From Nitrospirota bacterium (GTDB lineage: Bacteria > Nitrospirota > Thermodesulfovibrionia > SZUA-242): 64,000 nucleotides of DNA. The first letter of the stretch is position 1; each line of letters starts with the position of its first letter. Both the position numbers and the translations under genes were made by a program. The stretch spans positions 3,126 through 67,125 of the forward strand of contig JACRHH010000018.1 of the NCBI GenBank assembly GCA_016212095.1. Reading direction: 5' to 3'. Positions 1 to 9,373 of the stretch are shown piece after piece. The notes beneath the pieces were generated by a model. The model was not told where the DNA came from, did no database searches, and saw nothing but the letters and a program-made list of their open reading frames with translations.

Positions 1-1
1 C

Positions 2-151
2 GGCGATGAACAGGCTAAGGAGATTCAGGCACTCTTTGAGTCAACGCGCAAGGGTGATTTCGCTCAAATCCTTGCTGATAAGATAAGCGAGGGGGCGGCT
101 TTCATCGTTCCAGTGTATATAAAGGACGCCATTGAGGCTCTCGTAAAATGA
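2..151 (+). CDS. 3' end of an upstream gene (partial, function unknown)
   Basis: Frame open from window edge (..GDEQAKEIQALFESTRKGDFAQILADKISEGAAFIVPVYIKDAIEALVK), stop TGA 149-151 overlapping the next ATG in an ATGA arrangement. Confidence 0.3.
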   Translation, partial: GDEQAKEIQALFESTRKGDFAQILADKISEGAAFIVPVYIKDAIEALVK

Positions 152-1907
152 ACGGGTGCATGTTCAATCCGACACCAGAGCAGCAAAAGGTCATTTACCA
201 TGAAAGTTCGGCCTTCATAACGGCTTGCCCCGGCGCTGGTAAGACCCGTGTAATGGTCGAACGGGCACGGCATATGCTGCGGACAAACCATAACGGGCGT
301 GGCGTCGCATTTTTGTCGTTTACGCGCGCGGCCGTGTCGGAGCTTGAAGAACGATTGCGGCAGGAAGCATTGCTCTGTTCCCCAGTGTTTCCGCATTTCA
401 TCGGCACATTCGATAGCTTCATATGGCAATTTGTCGTCGCACCGTTTGGAATAACGGGCATAGAAGCCGTGCCTCGCCTTATTCCTGATAAGGGCTGCCG
501 CATAGTTCAGCCCTTCGAAAAGGCCCAGCCCCTTCCTCTTTCCTGTTTTGATCGCGTAACAGGCAAGATTGATGCCGTCGCTACGCTTCGGCTTCGTTTC
601 GATGTAAACAAAAAAAACCGGCTCTCATAAAGGCATTCGAAACCGCTGCCATAAAGATGCAAACCCGGTTCCGTGAACGGGGGGAGCTAGATTTTGACGA
701 TGCGAGGGCGCTGGCTGTAACCCGGCTTCAGTGTGCTGATTTTTCCAAACGGCTCTCCACGGCTCTCGCTGCACGATTCCGTGAAATCATCATTGATGAG
801 GCACAGGACTGCAATCCGGCAGATCTGGATATCATCAGATGGCTTCGTGATGCCGGGATTCCAACAAAGGTAATCTGTGACCCGCACCAGTCAATTTTTG
901 AGTTTCGCGGCGGCGTCACCGATCAGCTTTTCGCCTTTGCCGACACCTTTGGTAATGACGACCAGCTTGGTATGAGCGGGAATTTTCGGTCCAGCGGTAA
1001 TATCTGCAAAGCGATCGTGATGTTAAGGGCGGCAGAGTCCAGAAATATTGTCGATGCGCCATTTGGTGAATTCAAAAACGAGCAGGCACGTATCTGCATT
1101 TTATCCTATTCGAGCAAATCTGTCTCCGCAGCGATCGGTGAGAAATTTGTCAACCTTTTGAAGGAGGTGCAAATTGATGTTGCCAAAGCCCCAGTATTGG
1201 CCGCAACCAAAAACAGCGCATTCAATGCTATCGGCCGGCCGGTGGTCAAAGCGAAAAGGGATCTAACCCTGCGGCTTGCGGAGGCTGTCAGCGATTTTTA
1301 TTTCGCCTTCGAGTCTGGCAAGCAGAAATCCGCAATTGAGAAGTTTCACGCTGTTTTCTTGGAGTTGCAGGGGAGATTGCCTGGCAAAAGCTATTACCAG
1401 TATATGGTCGAGCATGATCTGAAGCCAGACGAATGGCGTCCAGAAATGCTGCAAATTCTTCGTGCGCTCCGGTATGATCCCGAAATTTACGACGATGCTG
1501 ATACATGGCACAACAGCGCGAAGGAGCTTCTCAAACCGTCTCTGCCTCCAAATAGCCCATCAATCTCTCAGAAGCTCAAGAAAAACAAAGACATTGCGGA
1601 CGTTCTTAGACTACCCTCAACTGAGAGTCCGCCGGCAAAGACTATCCATTCGGTGAAAGGGATGGAGTTTCCTGCCGTTTGCATCGTGACGGTTGCTCAG
1701 ACGCTGAAAGGCATTCTGGATTATCTCGAAACAGGTGCGCCGGTTGAGAAAGCCGAAATGGCACGCGAATTTTATGTCGCCGCGTCAAGAGCTCAGCGCC
1801 TTTTGGCAATTGCAGCGCCCAGAAGCCAAGCAGCAAGGTTTGCCGCACACCTTCGAATGGCTGGCGCAACTGTGACTGTGGTAGACATCAATATTGAGAA
1901 GCAGTAA
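148..1907 (+). pseudogene. UvrD/Rep-like superfamily 1 helicase, split into two ORFs (148-630 and 657-1907) by a frameshift at an A8 homopolymer (610-617)
   Basis: Walker A ACPGAGKT, motif Ia LSFTRAA, motif II IIIDEAQD, motif III VICDPHQSIFEFRGG, motifs V/VI KTIHSVKGMEFPAV and YVAASRA; downstream reading frame is open back to 609 across the A-run. Confidence 0.6.
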
Positions 1908-1922
1908 CCATCAGGAGCCCCC

Positions 1923-2762
1923 ATGCCCACCAGCAAGCATAAAAACGCCGTTACACCCGCCACCGGCGAGTTGCTTCTCTACCAGACCGTGGAGGGTAAG
2001 ACGCGGATCGAAGTCCGTATGCAGGATGAAACGGTCTGGTTGAGCCAAAAGCAACTGGCCGATCTGTTTCAGACCTCAATTCCCAACATCAACATGCACA
2101 TTAAAAACATTTTCGATGAAGGTGAGCTTTCCGATGTTTCAGCTATTCAGGAATTCTTAATAACTGCCGCAGACGGCAAGAACTACCAGACAAAATTTTA
2201 CAACCTCGACGTGATCATCTCCGTCGGCTACCGGGTAAACAGCATTCGCGGCACACAGTTCCGCATCTGGGCAACCCAACGGCTGCGGGAATACATCATC
2301 AAAGGGTTTGCAATGGATGACGAACGCCTCAAACAGGCGGGCGGCGGCAATTACTTCGATGAGCTACTGGCCCGCATTCGCGACATCCGGTCGTCGGAAA
2401 AGGTTTTCTGGCGCAAGGTGCTGGATATTTATGCAACCAGCATCGATTATTCCTCGAATACGGAAACCTCGCGCAAATTTTTCGCCGCGATCCAGAACAA
2501 GATGCACTGGGCCGCGGACGGACACACCGCCGCCGAGATCATTCACGAACGGGCAGACGCGGCAAGGCCGAACATGGGATTGACCGCATGGTCGGGCGAC
2601 GCGCCGCGCAAGGCCGATGCTGAGGTGTCGAACAGGTCTGGAACGAAAACCTCTACACCATGCGCGGGCGCGACGTGCATGAGCATGTGCATGAGGAGTC
2701 GTCCCACGATCTTGCCGGTGTGCGAATGGAACGCGCCCTGCCAGTCTGGTCAAGGCGGCTAA
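1923..2762 (+). CDS. RhuM-family protein, C-terminus apparently truncated or out of frame after about codon 235
   Basis: YNLDVIISVGYRVNSIRGTQFRIWATQRLREYIIKGFAMDDERLKQ block matches my recollection of RhuM proteins; last ~45 codons are Cys/Ser/Thr/Pro-rich and overlap the cas4 frame. Confidence 0.55.
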   Translation: MPTSKHKNAVTPATGELLLYQTVEGKTRIEVRMQDETVWLSQKQLADLFQTSIPNINMHIKNIFDEGELSDVSAIQEFLITAADGKNYQTKFYNLDVIISVGYRVNSIRGTQFRIWATQRLREYIIKGFAMDDERLKQAGGGNYFDELLARIRDIRSSEKVFWRKVLDIYATSIDYSSNTETSRKFFAAIQNKMHWAADGHTAAEIIHERADAARPNMGLTAWSGDAPRKADAEVSNRSGTKTSTPCAGATCMSMCMRSRPTILPVCEWNAPCQSGQGG

Positions 2763-3169
2763 ACCTTACCGGAAAGGCCGATATGGTGGAATTCCGCTGT
2801 GACGTTCCGTATCCTGTCGAGTACAAGTCCGGCAGGCAGAGGAAAGGCCGCCACGAGGAACTGCAACTCTGCGCCCAAGCGGTCTGCCTTTCGGAAATGT
2901 TCGGCGTGACGGTGGATCGCGGCGCGATATATTGGCACGGCTCGCGCGAGCGGCGGGAAGTTCCCTTCACTGACTCACTGCGTCTGGAGGTGGAACACGT
3001 TGCAGCCGCAGTGCATGAAATGATGGCGGGTTCGACGATTCCCCCGCCTGTAAACGACAAGCGATGCCGCGATTGCTCGCTCAGGGAATCGTGCCTGCCG
3101 AATGTGGTGGCGGCAAAGGGAAGAAGCCGCAAGGCTGTGCTGGAACTTTTCGAGGTGATGACGCCATGA
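2624..3169 (+). CDS. cas4: Cas4 RecB-like nuclease, 5'-truncated (first ATG at 2660; frame open from 2624)
   Basis: RecB-nuclease-type D..E.K pattern (GKADMVE...VEYKSG), QLCAQAVCLSEMFG, C-terminal Cys cluster CRDCSLRESC; the N-terminal region that normally carries the first Cys ligand is absent (in-frame stop at 2621-2623). Confidence 0.65.
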   Translation, partial: GVEQVWNENLYTMRGRDVHEHVHEESSHDLAGVRMERALPVWSRRLNLTGKADMVEFRCDVPYPVEYKSGRQRKGRHEELQLCAQAVCLSEMFGVTVDRGAIYWHGSRERREVPFTDSLRLEVEHVAAAVHEMMAGSTIPPPVNDKRCRDCSLRESCLPNVVAAKGRSRKAVLELFEVMTP

Positions 3170-4200
3170 AACAACTCCTTAACACGCTGTACGTCATGAC
3201 GCAGGGCGCGTATGTCTGCCTAGACCACGAAACGGTGAAGGTGGAGGTGGAGGGAAAAGTTCGGATGCAGGTTCCGCTTCATCACATCGGCTCGATTGTG
3301 ACGATGGGCAACGTAATGCTAAGCCCGTTTATCATGGGCCGATGCGCCGACGACGGCAGGGCGATTGTGATTCTGGGCAGAAGCGGACGCTTCAAGTGCC
3401 GTGTTGTCGGCAAGACAAGCGGCAACGTGCTTCTTCGTCATGCCCAGCACGAGGCGGTGCGCGATGGCGGGAAATCGATCCCGATTGCCCGCAACATCGT
3501 GGCCGGGAAGGTGAAAAACGCCAGACATATTCTACTGCGCGGAGCGCGCGAGGCCGACAACGCCGATGACGCAGGCGTTCTGAAAAACGCAGCCGACATT
3601 CTGGCCAATACGCTGTTTCATCTCAAGGATTGCGCCGACATCGACCGGGTGCGCGGCATAGAGGGCGAGGCGGCGAACGCCTATTTCGGCGTATTCGACC
3701 GGATGGTGAAGGAAGAAGCGCGCACGGTTTTCAGGTTCGACGGAAGAAACCGCCGTCCGCCGCTCGATCCGATGAACGCACTGCTGTCGTTTCTCTACAC
3801 GCTTTTGCTGTCCGACTGCGTAAGCGCGGCTGAAGGCGTGGGCCTCGATTCCCAGATGGGTTTTCTGCATGTGATGCGGCCCGGACGCCCGTCGCTGGGG
3901 CTGGACATGATGGAGGAATTCCGCGCCGTTCTGGCCGACAGGCTGGCGCTTACACTGATAAACCGCCGTCAGATAACGGAAAATCATTTCGAGCCAAGGC
4001 CCGGCGGCGCGGTTTACTTAAACGAAGACGGGCGCAAAACAGTTGTGACCGAATACCAGAAGCGCAAGCAGGACGAGCTTCATCATCCGCTGCTTGATGA
4101 AAAAGCGCCGTTCGGGCTTGTTCCGCACATTCAGGCCCGGCTTCTTGCGCGTCACCTTCGCGGCGACATGGATGAATATGTGCCGTTTTTGTATTCCTGA
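3166..4200 (+). CDS. cas1: Cas1 integrase (type I-C-like)
   Basis: ATGA overlap with cas4 stop; 344 aa; N-terminus [26 protein letters not shown] typical of Cas1; position cas4-cas1-cas2-array. Confidence 0.85.
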   Translation: MKQLLNTLYVMTQGAYVCLDHETVKVEVEGKVRMQVPLHHIGSIVTMGNVMLSPFIMGRCADDGRAIVILGRSGRFKCRVVGKTSGNVLLRHAQHEAVRDGGKSIPIARNIVAGKVKNARHILLRGAREADNADDAGVLKNAADILANTLFHLKDCADIDRVRGIEGEAANAYFGVFDRMVKEEARTVFRFDGRNRRPPLDPMNALLSFLYTLLLSDCVSAAEGVGLDSQMGFLHVMRPGRPSLGLDMMEEFRAVLADRLALTLINRRQITENHFEPRPGGAVYLNEDGRKTVVTEYQKRKQDELHHPLLDEKAPFGLVPHIQARLLARHLRGDMDEYVPFLYS

Positions 4201-4214
4201 GCGAGGGCAAAACT

Positions 4215-4508
4215 GTGTGGGTGCTTGTATCGTATGACGTTTCCACCGAAACGCCGGAAGGCCGCAAAAGGCTCCGCCGCGTGGCGCAGATATGCAAGAA
4301 CTATGGACAGCGAGTGCAGAAATCGGTGTTCGAGTGTCAGGTGAACGAGATGAAGTTCGAGGAACTGCGGCGCGAGCTATTGCGGATTATCAATAAGGAT
4401 GAGGATAACCTGCGGCTCTATCGCCTGACGGAGCCACGGGAGCGGCATGTGGAAAGCTACGGCTTGATCAAAACGATATTGTTTGACGACGAGCCGCTGA
4501 TTGCGTAG
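4215..4508 (+). CDS. cas2: Cas2 (GTG start)
   Basis: 97 aa, [10 protein letters not shown]...[23 protein letters not shown] typical Cas2; directly after cas1 and before the repeats. Confidence 0.8.
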   Translation: MWVLVSYDVSTETPEGRKRLRRVAQICKNYGQRVQKSVFECQVNEMKFEELRRELLRIINKDEDNLRLYRLTEPRERHVESYGLIKTILFDDEPLIA

Positions 4509-4598
4509 CGCGAACCTGTTGTGCATGAGAAAATGCCGGGAGGTTCGCGGATGGCGCAACAGCTTGATTATTGGAACATTTATTTGAAGCCGTCAAGC

Positions 4599-4794
4599 GT
4601 TGCGTCCGGTCGCAAGACCGGGCGAGGATTGAAACGCGGAAAGGATGGTATAACTTGCTGTAAGTTCACGCTACAACAGCGTGAGCGTCGCGCCCGGTCG
4701 CAAGACCGGGCGAGGATTGAAACCGGTCGTCTCTCTCCGCGCTGGTTATCAGGCACGGTCGCGCCCGGTCGCAAGACCGGGCGAGGATTGAAAC
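4599..4794 (+). CRISPR. CRISPR mini-array: three 37-bp repeats (4599-4635, 4687-4723, 4758-4794), spacers of 51 and 34 bp
   Basis: Consensus GTCGCGCCCGGTCGCAAGACCGGGCGAGGATTGAAAC with 9-bp stem/GCAA loop and ATTGAAAC 3' handle typical of type I-C; first repeat has 2 mismatches. Confidence 0.75.
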
Positions 4795-4805
4795 TGCGCG
4801 GCGGC

Positions 4806-4823
4806 GCATCGCAATGCGTCTCT
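4806..4823. repeat. Partial inverted copy of the palindromic element that is tandemly repeated at 6042-6131
   Basis: GCATCGCAATGCGTCTCT matches the reverse complement of the 30-bp unit core (GACGCATCGCAATGCGTCT). Confidence 0.3.
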
Positions 4824-5343
4824 ACCTGCACGCGGCCTGCACCGTTGAGATTGGCAGAAATAGTTGCAGTGGATGATCTGGAATCGCCAGAAACCCGAAT
4901 TGCTCATAAAATCGTCCGGCTTCGTCATCCTTTGCATCGACAAAGAGGCCGATTACGCCTGCATGTCCAGCGATAAGCGATGTCCGGTGAACCGCATCGG
5001 CAAGCAGCAGTTTGCCGTACCCTTTGCCCTGTTCCTTCCGGGATACCGCAAGACGGGCAAGACGCACCGCAGGCAGACCATGCAGCGGGTATTTCCGGGC
5101 ATAATCATCAGGAAGTTGCTCGACAGACAATTCGCAGAGCGTGAGAGTGTAGAAGCCGAGCATGGCTGGCGTGCCGGCGGTCAGCACGAATGTCCGTGAA
5201 ATACCTTTCGACGAATGCTGACGCGCGATTGTCCGGAGGAACTCGTTCAGCGCCGGAACGCCGCAGTCGAAACCGTTACGGTCATGGATGCGGTCAAGAA
5301 GGGTTATTTCCGGCAATGGTTTTATTGTGCTGACGCATGGCAT
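4822..5343 (-). CDS. GNAT-family acetyltransferase toxin (TacT-like)
   Basis: 173 aa; acetyl-CoA motif RLAVSRKEQGKGYGKLL; paired with an upstream DUF1778-type gene. Confidence 0.7.
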   Translation of the reverse strand: MPCVSTIKPLPEITLLDRIHDRNGFDCGVPALNEFLRTIARQHSSKGISRTFVLTAGTPAMLGFYTLTLCELSVEQLPDDYARKYPLHGLPAVRLARLAVSRKEQGKGYGKLLLADAVHRTSLIAGHAGVIGLFVDAKDDEAGRFYEQFGFLAIPDHPLQLFLPISTVQAACR

Positions 5344-5584
5344 CCATCAGGTATTCGTTCGGTTCAGGCGGATTCTCGATGAGCGAAAACACCGCATCCG
5401 CCGAAGCGGTTGAAAGCTTGATTATGCGCTCTCCCTCAAGAATCGCATTGGCTTTCTCAAGGGCGGACTGGACGACAAACTGGTTAAGCGTTGCGCCAAC
5501 CGATTGAGCGGCTTCCAGTATCCGCTCATACACGGCTGTCGGCATACGGGCCGGTATTCGTTCCTCGGCGATTGTGCGTGCCAT
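5294..5584 (-). CDS. DUF1778-family antitoxin (TacA-like), start at the internal ATG 5584
   Basis: MARTIAEERIPARMPTAVYERILEAAQSVGATLNQFVVQSALEKANAIL; GGAGGTGA ribosome-binding site before the ATG; overlaps toxin start. Confidence 0.65.
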   Translation of the reverse strand: MARTIAEERIPARMPTAVYERILEAAQSVGATLNQFVVQSALEKANAILEGERIIKLSTASADAVFSLIENPPEPNEYLMDAMRQHNKTIAGNNPS

Positions 5585-5681
5585 TGATGTCACCTCCGGA
5601 TAGATTTTAATAAGGTGGCGCCAAAATGGCAACTTTATAATCGTTTCCGCCCGGCATATACTAGACCGTGCAAGGATCGAA

Positions 5682-6041
5682 ATGTTGAAGTCTAATTCTG
5701 ATGGCATTGTCTACTCCACCGGGCAGGGCAGAATCTGTTCCGCCTGCGGCAGGCCCGCGGCCAACTGCGAATGCGGCCGCAGGCAAGCGCCGCCAAATGG
5801 CGATGGAATCGTCCGTGTCGGCATCTCGACGAAAGGCCGCAAGGGCAAGGGTGTTACCGTGATCAGCGGCGTTCCCCCTGGCGAAGGCGGTCTCGACGAG
5901 TTGGCGCGGCGGCTCAAGCAGAAATGCGGGGCCGGAGGAACCGTGAAGGACGGCGTTATCGAAATTCAGGGCGATTTCCGCGACATCCTGGTGGCGGAAC
6001 TGACGAAACAGGGCTACAAGGTGAAACGCGCTGGCGGGTAG
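5682..6041 (+). CDS. yciH: Translation initiation factor SUI1/YciH family protein
   Basis: GKGVTVISGV...KCGAGGTVKDGVIEIQGDFRD..L...GYKVKRAGG matches the SUI1 fold signature. Confidence 0.7.
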   Translation: MLKSNSDGIVYSTGQGRICSACGRPAANCECGRRQAPPNGDGIVRVGISTKGRKGKGVTVISGVPPGEGGLDELARRLKQKCGAGGTVKDGVIEIQGDFRDILVAELTKQGYKVKRAGG

Positions 6042-6131
6042 AGACGCATTGCGATGCGTCTCTGCTGATCAAGACGCATTATGATGCGTCTCTGCTGATC
6101 AAGACGCATTATGATGCGTCTCTACTGTTCG
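6042..6131. repeat. Three tandem copies of a 30-bp unit, each containing an 8-bp-arm palindrome
   Basis: AGACGCATT(GC/AT)GATGCGTCTCTGCTGATCA x3 immediately after the yciH stop. Confidence 0.8.
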
Positions 6132-6201
6132 TACATTACCCGTCCGCAGTCGCGCATGTCGTAGCCGCCCCATTTCCAACCCATTCCCTATAATTCTATA
6201 A

Positions 6202-7623
6202 TTGCGGATTGCGGCCATGACCGCCTTACGCCACGCCATCAGGAGAGATGATTTGAAGATACTGAAAGCCGCGCTGCTTTTTCTTGCCATCACGGTTGTT
6301 TCGATCCGGACACCCGCCCTTGCCGCCATGAACATTGTCGAGGAATCGCTGGAAAACGGCCTGAAGGTGCTGGTTCTCGAAGACCACAAGGCCCCGGTTG
6401 CCACGTTTCAGGTCTGGTATCGCGTGGGCGCAATCGACGATCCCTCCGGAGCAACCGGAGCGAGCCACCTTCTTGAGCACATGATGTTCAAGGGCACGAA
6501 GAACTTCGGGCCGAAGACGTTCTCGCAGACCATAAACCGCGCCGGCGGAACCGACAACGCGTTCACCTCGCACGATTACACCGCCTATCACGAAACGCTT
6601 TCGTCAGACAGAATAGGCATCGCCATCAAGCTTGAGGCCGACCGGATGCGGAATCTCTTGCTCGATCCGGCGGAGGTCAAGACTGAGCTTGAGGTGGTGA
6701 AGGAAGAGCGGAGAATGCGCTACGAGGACAATCCGCAGAGCCTCGTTCACGAAAGCACCATGGCTGCGGCCTTCATGACGCATCCGTACAGAAACCCGGT
6801 GATCGGCTGGATGGCCGACCTGAACGACATGACAGCGGAAAAGCTGGCCGCTCATTACCGCCGGTATTACGCGCCAAACAACGCGGTGATAATCGTGATA
6901 GGCGATGTTGACGCGAAAAAGATCATCAGCGATATTCGCGTTTCCTACGGGCATATTCCGAAAAGCGCCGGAGTTGAAAGGATGTCGATGAACGAGCCGC
7001 CCCAAAACGGCGAGCGGCGGGTTTTCGTGAAGAAAGAAGCCCAGCTTCCGTACATCGCCTCCATTTACAAAATGCCGTCTTTCCCCGATCCCGACTCTTT
7101 CCCGCTCGACGTGCTCTCGATGATTCTCTCAGAGGGTAAAAGCTCGCGCCTCTACCGGGCGCTGGTTTACGAAAAGCGGCTTGCGCTCTCTGTGGACACC
7201 GGCTACGACGGAGTGGGGCGCGGCCCGGCCACGTTTTACGTCGGCGGAACAGTCGCGCCGTCCGACACCCCGGCGGGCAACAGCGCCGAGACGCTTGAGG
7301 CCGCCATCCGCGAGGAGACCGAGCGGATAAAGCGCGAGCATCCCAGCGAGCGCGAGGTTCAAAAAGCGAAAAACCAGGTGGAGGCCTCGTTCATCATGGA
7401 GCAGGATTCGCTCTATTCGCGGGCGATGACCATCGGAAGCATGGAGATGGCAGGCGGCTGGCGGCTTATCGACCGCTATCTGGACGGCATTCGCGCGGTT
7501 GCGGCGGATGATGTCTCAAGGGTTGCGCGGAAGTATCTGATAGACGACCACAAGACAACCGGCGTGCTTGTTCCGGTTCAGGCGGCAAATTCGGTTGCGG
7601 ATGGCGAAAAGGAGAAAAAATAA
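6202..7623 (+). CDS. M16-family zinc peptidase (catalytic subunit), secreted
   Basis: HLLEHMMFKGT inverted zinc-binding motif (HxxEH); N-terminal signal-like hydrophobic segment. Confidence 0.8.
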   Translation: MRIAAMTALRHAIRRDDLKILKAALLFLAITVVSIRTPALAAMNIVEESLENGLKVLVLEDHKAPVATFQVWYRVGAIDDPSGATGASHLLEHMMFKGTKNFGPKTFSQTINRAGGTDNAFTSHDYTAYHETLSSDRIGIAIKLEADRMRNLLLDPAEVKTELEVVKEERRMRYEDNPQSLVHESTMAAAFMTHPYRNPVIGWMADLNDMTAEKLAAHYRRYYAPNNAVIIVIGDVDAKKIISDIRVSYGHIPKSAGVERMSMNEPPQNGERRVFVKKEAQLPYIASIYKMPSFPDPDSFPLDVLSMILSEGKSSRLYRALVYEKRLALSVDTGYDGVGRGPATFYVGGTVAPSDTPAGNSAETLEAAIREETERIKREHPSEREVQKAKNQVEASFIMEQDSLYSRAMTIGSMEMAGGWRLIDRYLDGIRAVAADDVSRVARKYLIDDHKTTGVLVPVQAANSVADGEKEKK

Positions 7624-8957
7624 TGAACCGGATCATAACCAGATATTTTTGCATTGCCGCCATGCTGCTTTCGGCGCTTGCTTCAAACGCCGCCGCATCG
7701 GAGCCGCTTGCCGCGCGCGAGACGCTTCCTGGCGGGCTTGTGCTGATGCATTCGCAGAAATCGACGCTTCCTATAGTTCGCATCGTTGTCGGCATAGGCG
7801 CGGGACAGTTGGCCGATCCGCCGGGCAAGGCCGGGCTGGCAAGCCTCACTGCGATGCTGCTGAAGGAAGGAACGACGCGTCGCACCTCGAAGCAGATCAG
7901 CGAGGAGATCGAGTTCGTGGCCGGTTCGCTTTCGGCCTCCGGCGGCGGCGAGTACGCCACCATCAGCCTGTCGGTGCTTAAAAAAGACCTTGATACCGGT
8001 TTTGAGATCATGTCCGACATCATGCTTAACCCCGCGTTTTCCAACGAAGAGATTACGCGCAAGAAGGCTCAGGTGAAAGGCGCGATACGGCGGCGGATGG
8101 AAGACCCCGGCGATGTGGCATCAAAGGCGTTCATGAAGGAACTGTATCCGAACCACCCGCTCGGCTTTCCGTCGGAGGGAACTCCGGAGACGCTCGACGC
8201 CATAACGCGTGACGACATCGTGTTGTTTCACCGCGCATGGTATGCGCCGGACAACGCATGGATGGCGGTTGTGGGCGACGTGACAAGGCAGGAGGCGGGC
8301 GCGCTGATCGACAAATATTTAAACGGCTGGACAGCCCGCGGCGCGAAACTCGCATTTCCTCCCGTGCCGCGGCTTGCCAAAACGTCGGTTATCGCCATCG
8401 ACAAAGACATAACGCAGGCCAATATAATTCTTGGCCACGCCGGGCCAACCCGCAACGATCCCGACTACTACGCGGCGCTAGTGATGAACTACATCCTTGG
8501 CGGCGGCGGATTTTCGTCGCGCATGATGGACAGCATCCGCGACAACATGGGCCTTGCCTACGACGTCGGCAGCCATTTCGCGCCCGGCAAGCATAACGGC
8601 GTGTTCACCGTGGACATGCAGACCAAAAACGCGTCGGCCAAGACCGCTATTGACGAAGCGCTGCGCCAGATCGAGCGCATCCGCGCGGAGCCCGTGGCCG
8701 ACATGGAGCTTGCCGGAGCGAAGGCGTACATAACCGGCAGCTTCCCGCTTCGCATGGACACCTCCGCCAAGATAGCCAACCTGCTGTCGTCTGTCGAATA
8801 CTTCGGCCTTGGAATGAACTATGTTGACGACTACCGCAGGGCGGTTGAGGCGGTCACGAAGGAGGATGTGCTTCGCGCGGCGAAGAAGTTTCTGCACCCC
8901 GACAGATATGTGCTGGTTGTCGTGGCTAAACAGGCCGAGGCCGGAATGGTGAAATAG
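7623..8957 (+). CDS. M16-family peptidase, non-catalytic partner subunit
   Basis: M16 architecture without HxxEH; TAATG junction with the upstream gene; signal peptide. Confidence 0.7.
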   Translation: MNRIITRYFCIAAMLLSALASNAAASEPLAARETLPGGLVLMHSQKSTLPIVRIVVGIGAGQLADPPGKAGLASLTAMLLKEGTTRRTSKQISEEIEFVAGSLSASGGGEYATISLSVLKKDLDTGFEIMSDIMLNPAFSNEEITRKKAQVKGAIRRRMEDPGDVASKAFMKELYPNHPLGFPSEGTPETLDAITRDDIVLFHRAWYAPDNAWMAVVGDVTRQEAGALIDKYLNGWTARGAKLAFPPVPRLAKTSVIAIDKDITQANIILGHAGPTRNDPDYYAALVMNYILGGGGFSSRMMDSIRDNMGLAYDVGSHFAPGKHNGVFTVDMQTKNASAKTAIDEALRQIERIRAEPVADMELAGAKAYITGSFPLRMDTSAKIANLLSSVEYFGLGMNYVDDYRRAVEAVTKEDVLRAAKKFLHPDRYVLVVVAKQAEAGMVK

Positions 8958-9057
8958 GGGGGGATGTTATTCTGATTTGCATGCGAAGCCTTCCGGATTT
9001 GAATCAAGCCCTGTAAGGGCGGAATAATAATGTTGACCGGGGCGCAAGCCCGGTTAT

Positions 9058-9336
9058 TCATCTGCTAATTGGAATAACGCCGTTTCGCATACGCAAATCG
9101 TCCAGGAGTTCTGACGGCACTTTATCGTGGGTTTTGTGGACGATTATCCGCAGGTCGCTCGAAACCCGCACAGACCAGAAGTTTTTATCCCTGGCATTGT
9201 CGGGCTTGTGGAACCGCATTCCCGAGCTGGCCGGGTTAAGTTGCAGATCGAAGGCGGTGGTCTTTGTGGCCTTCTGCTCGTCGCCGGTAAGTTTGGCGAG
9301 GCTGTCGGTGAAGGTGTCGGAGATGCGGAAGTTCAT
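9058..9336 (-). CDS. Small protein (93 aa) of unknown function; C-terminal half RelE/ParE-like by eye
   Basis: MNFRISDTFTDSLAKLTGDEQKATKTTAFDLQLNPASSGMRFHK...FWSVRVSSDLRIIVHKT; first ~43 codons duplicated at 10708-10842; no strong ribosome-binding site. Confidence 0.4.
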   Translation of the reverse strand: MNFRISDTFTDSLAKLTGDEQKATKTTAFDLQLNPASSGMRFHKPDNARDKNFWSVRVSSDLRIIVHKTHDKVPSELLDDLRMRNGVIPISR

Positions 9337-9373
9337 GTCATCGTTTTTCGAACTGATGATTTTGAAATAATTG

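Noticed and set aside
148-1907. Helicase next to the cas genes as Cas3
   Set aside because: Motifs are SF1 UvrD/Rep type, not the SF2 Cas3 type, and there is no HD nuclease domain.
4521-4976. 151-aa plus-strand ORF across the CRISPR array
   Set aside because: Translation of the repeats (repeated GRKTGRGLK peptide); artefact of repeat periodicity.
5771-6193. 140-aa plus-strand ORF overlapping yciH and the tandem repeats
   Set aside because: Out-of-frame overlap with yciH, and its repeated THYDASLLIK peptide is just translation of the 30-bp tandem units.
9025-9045. Hairpin CCGGGGCGCAAGCCCGG resembling the CRISPR repeat stem-loop (GCAA loop)
   Set aside because: Single copy with no repeat-spacer periodicity; more likely a terminator-like hairpin after the M16 operon.
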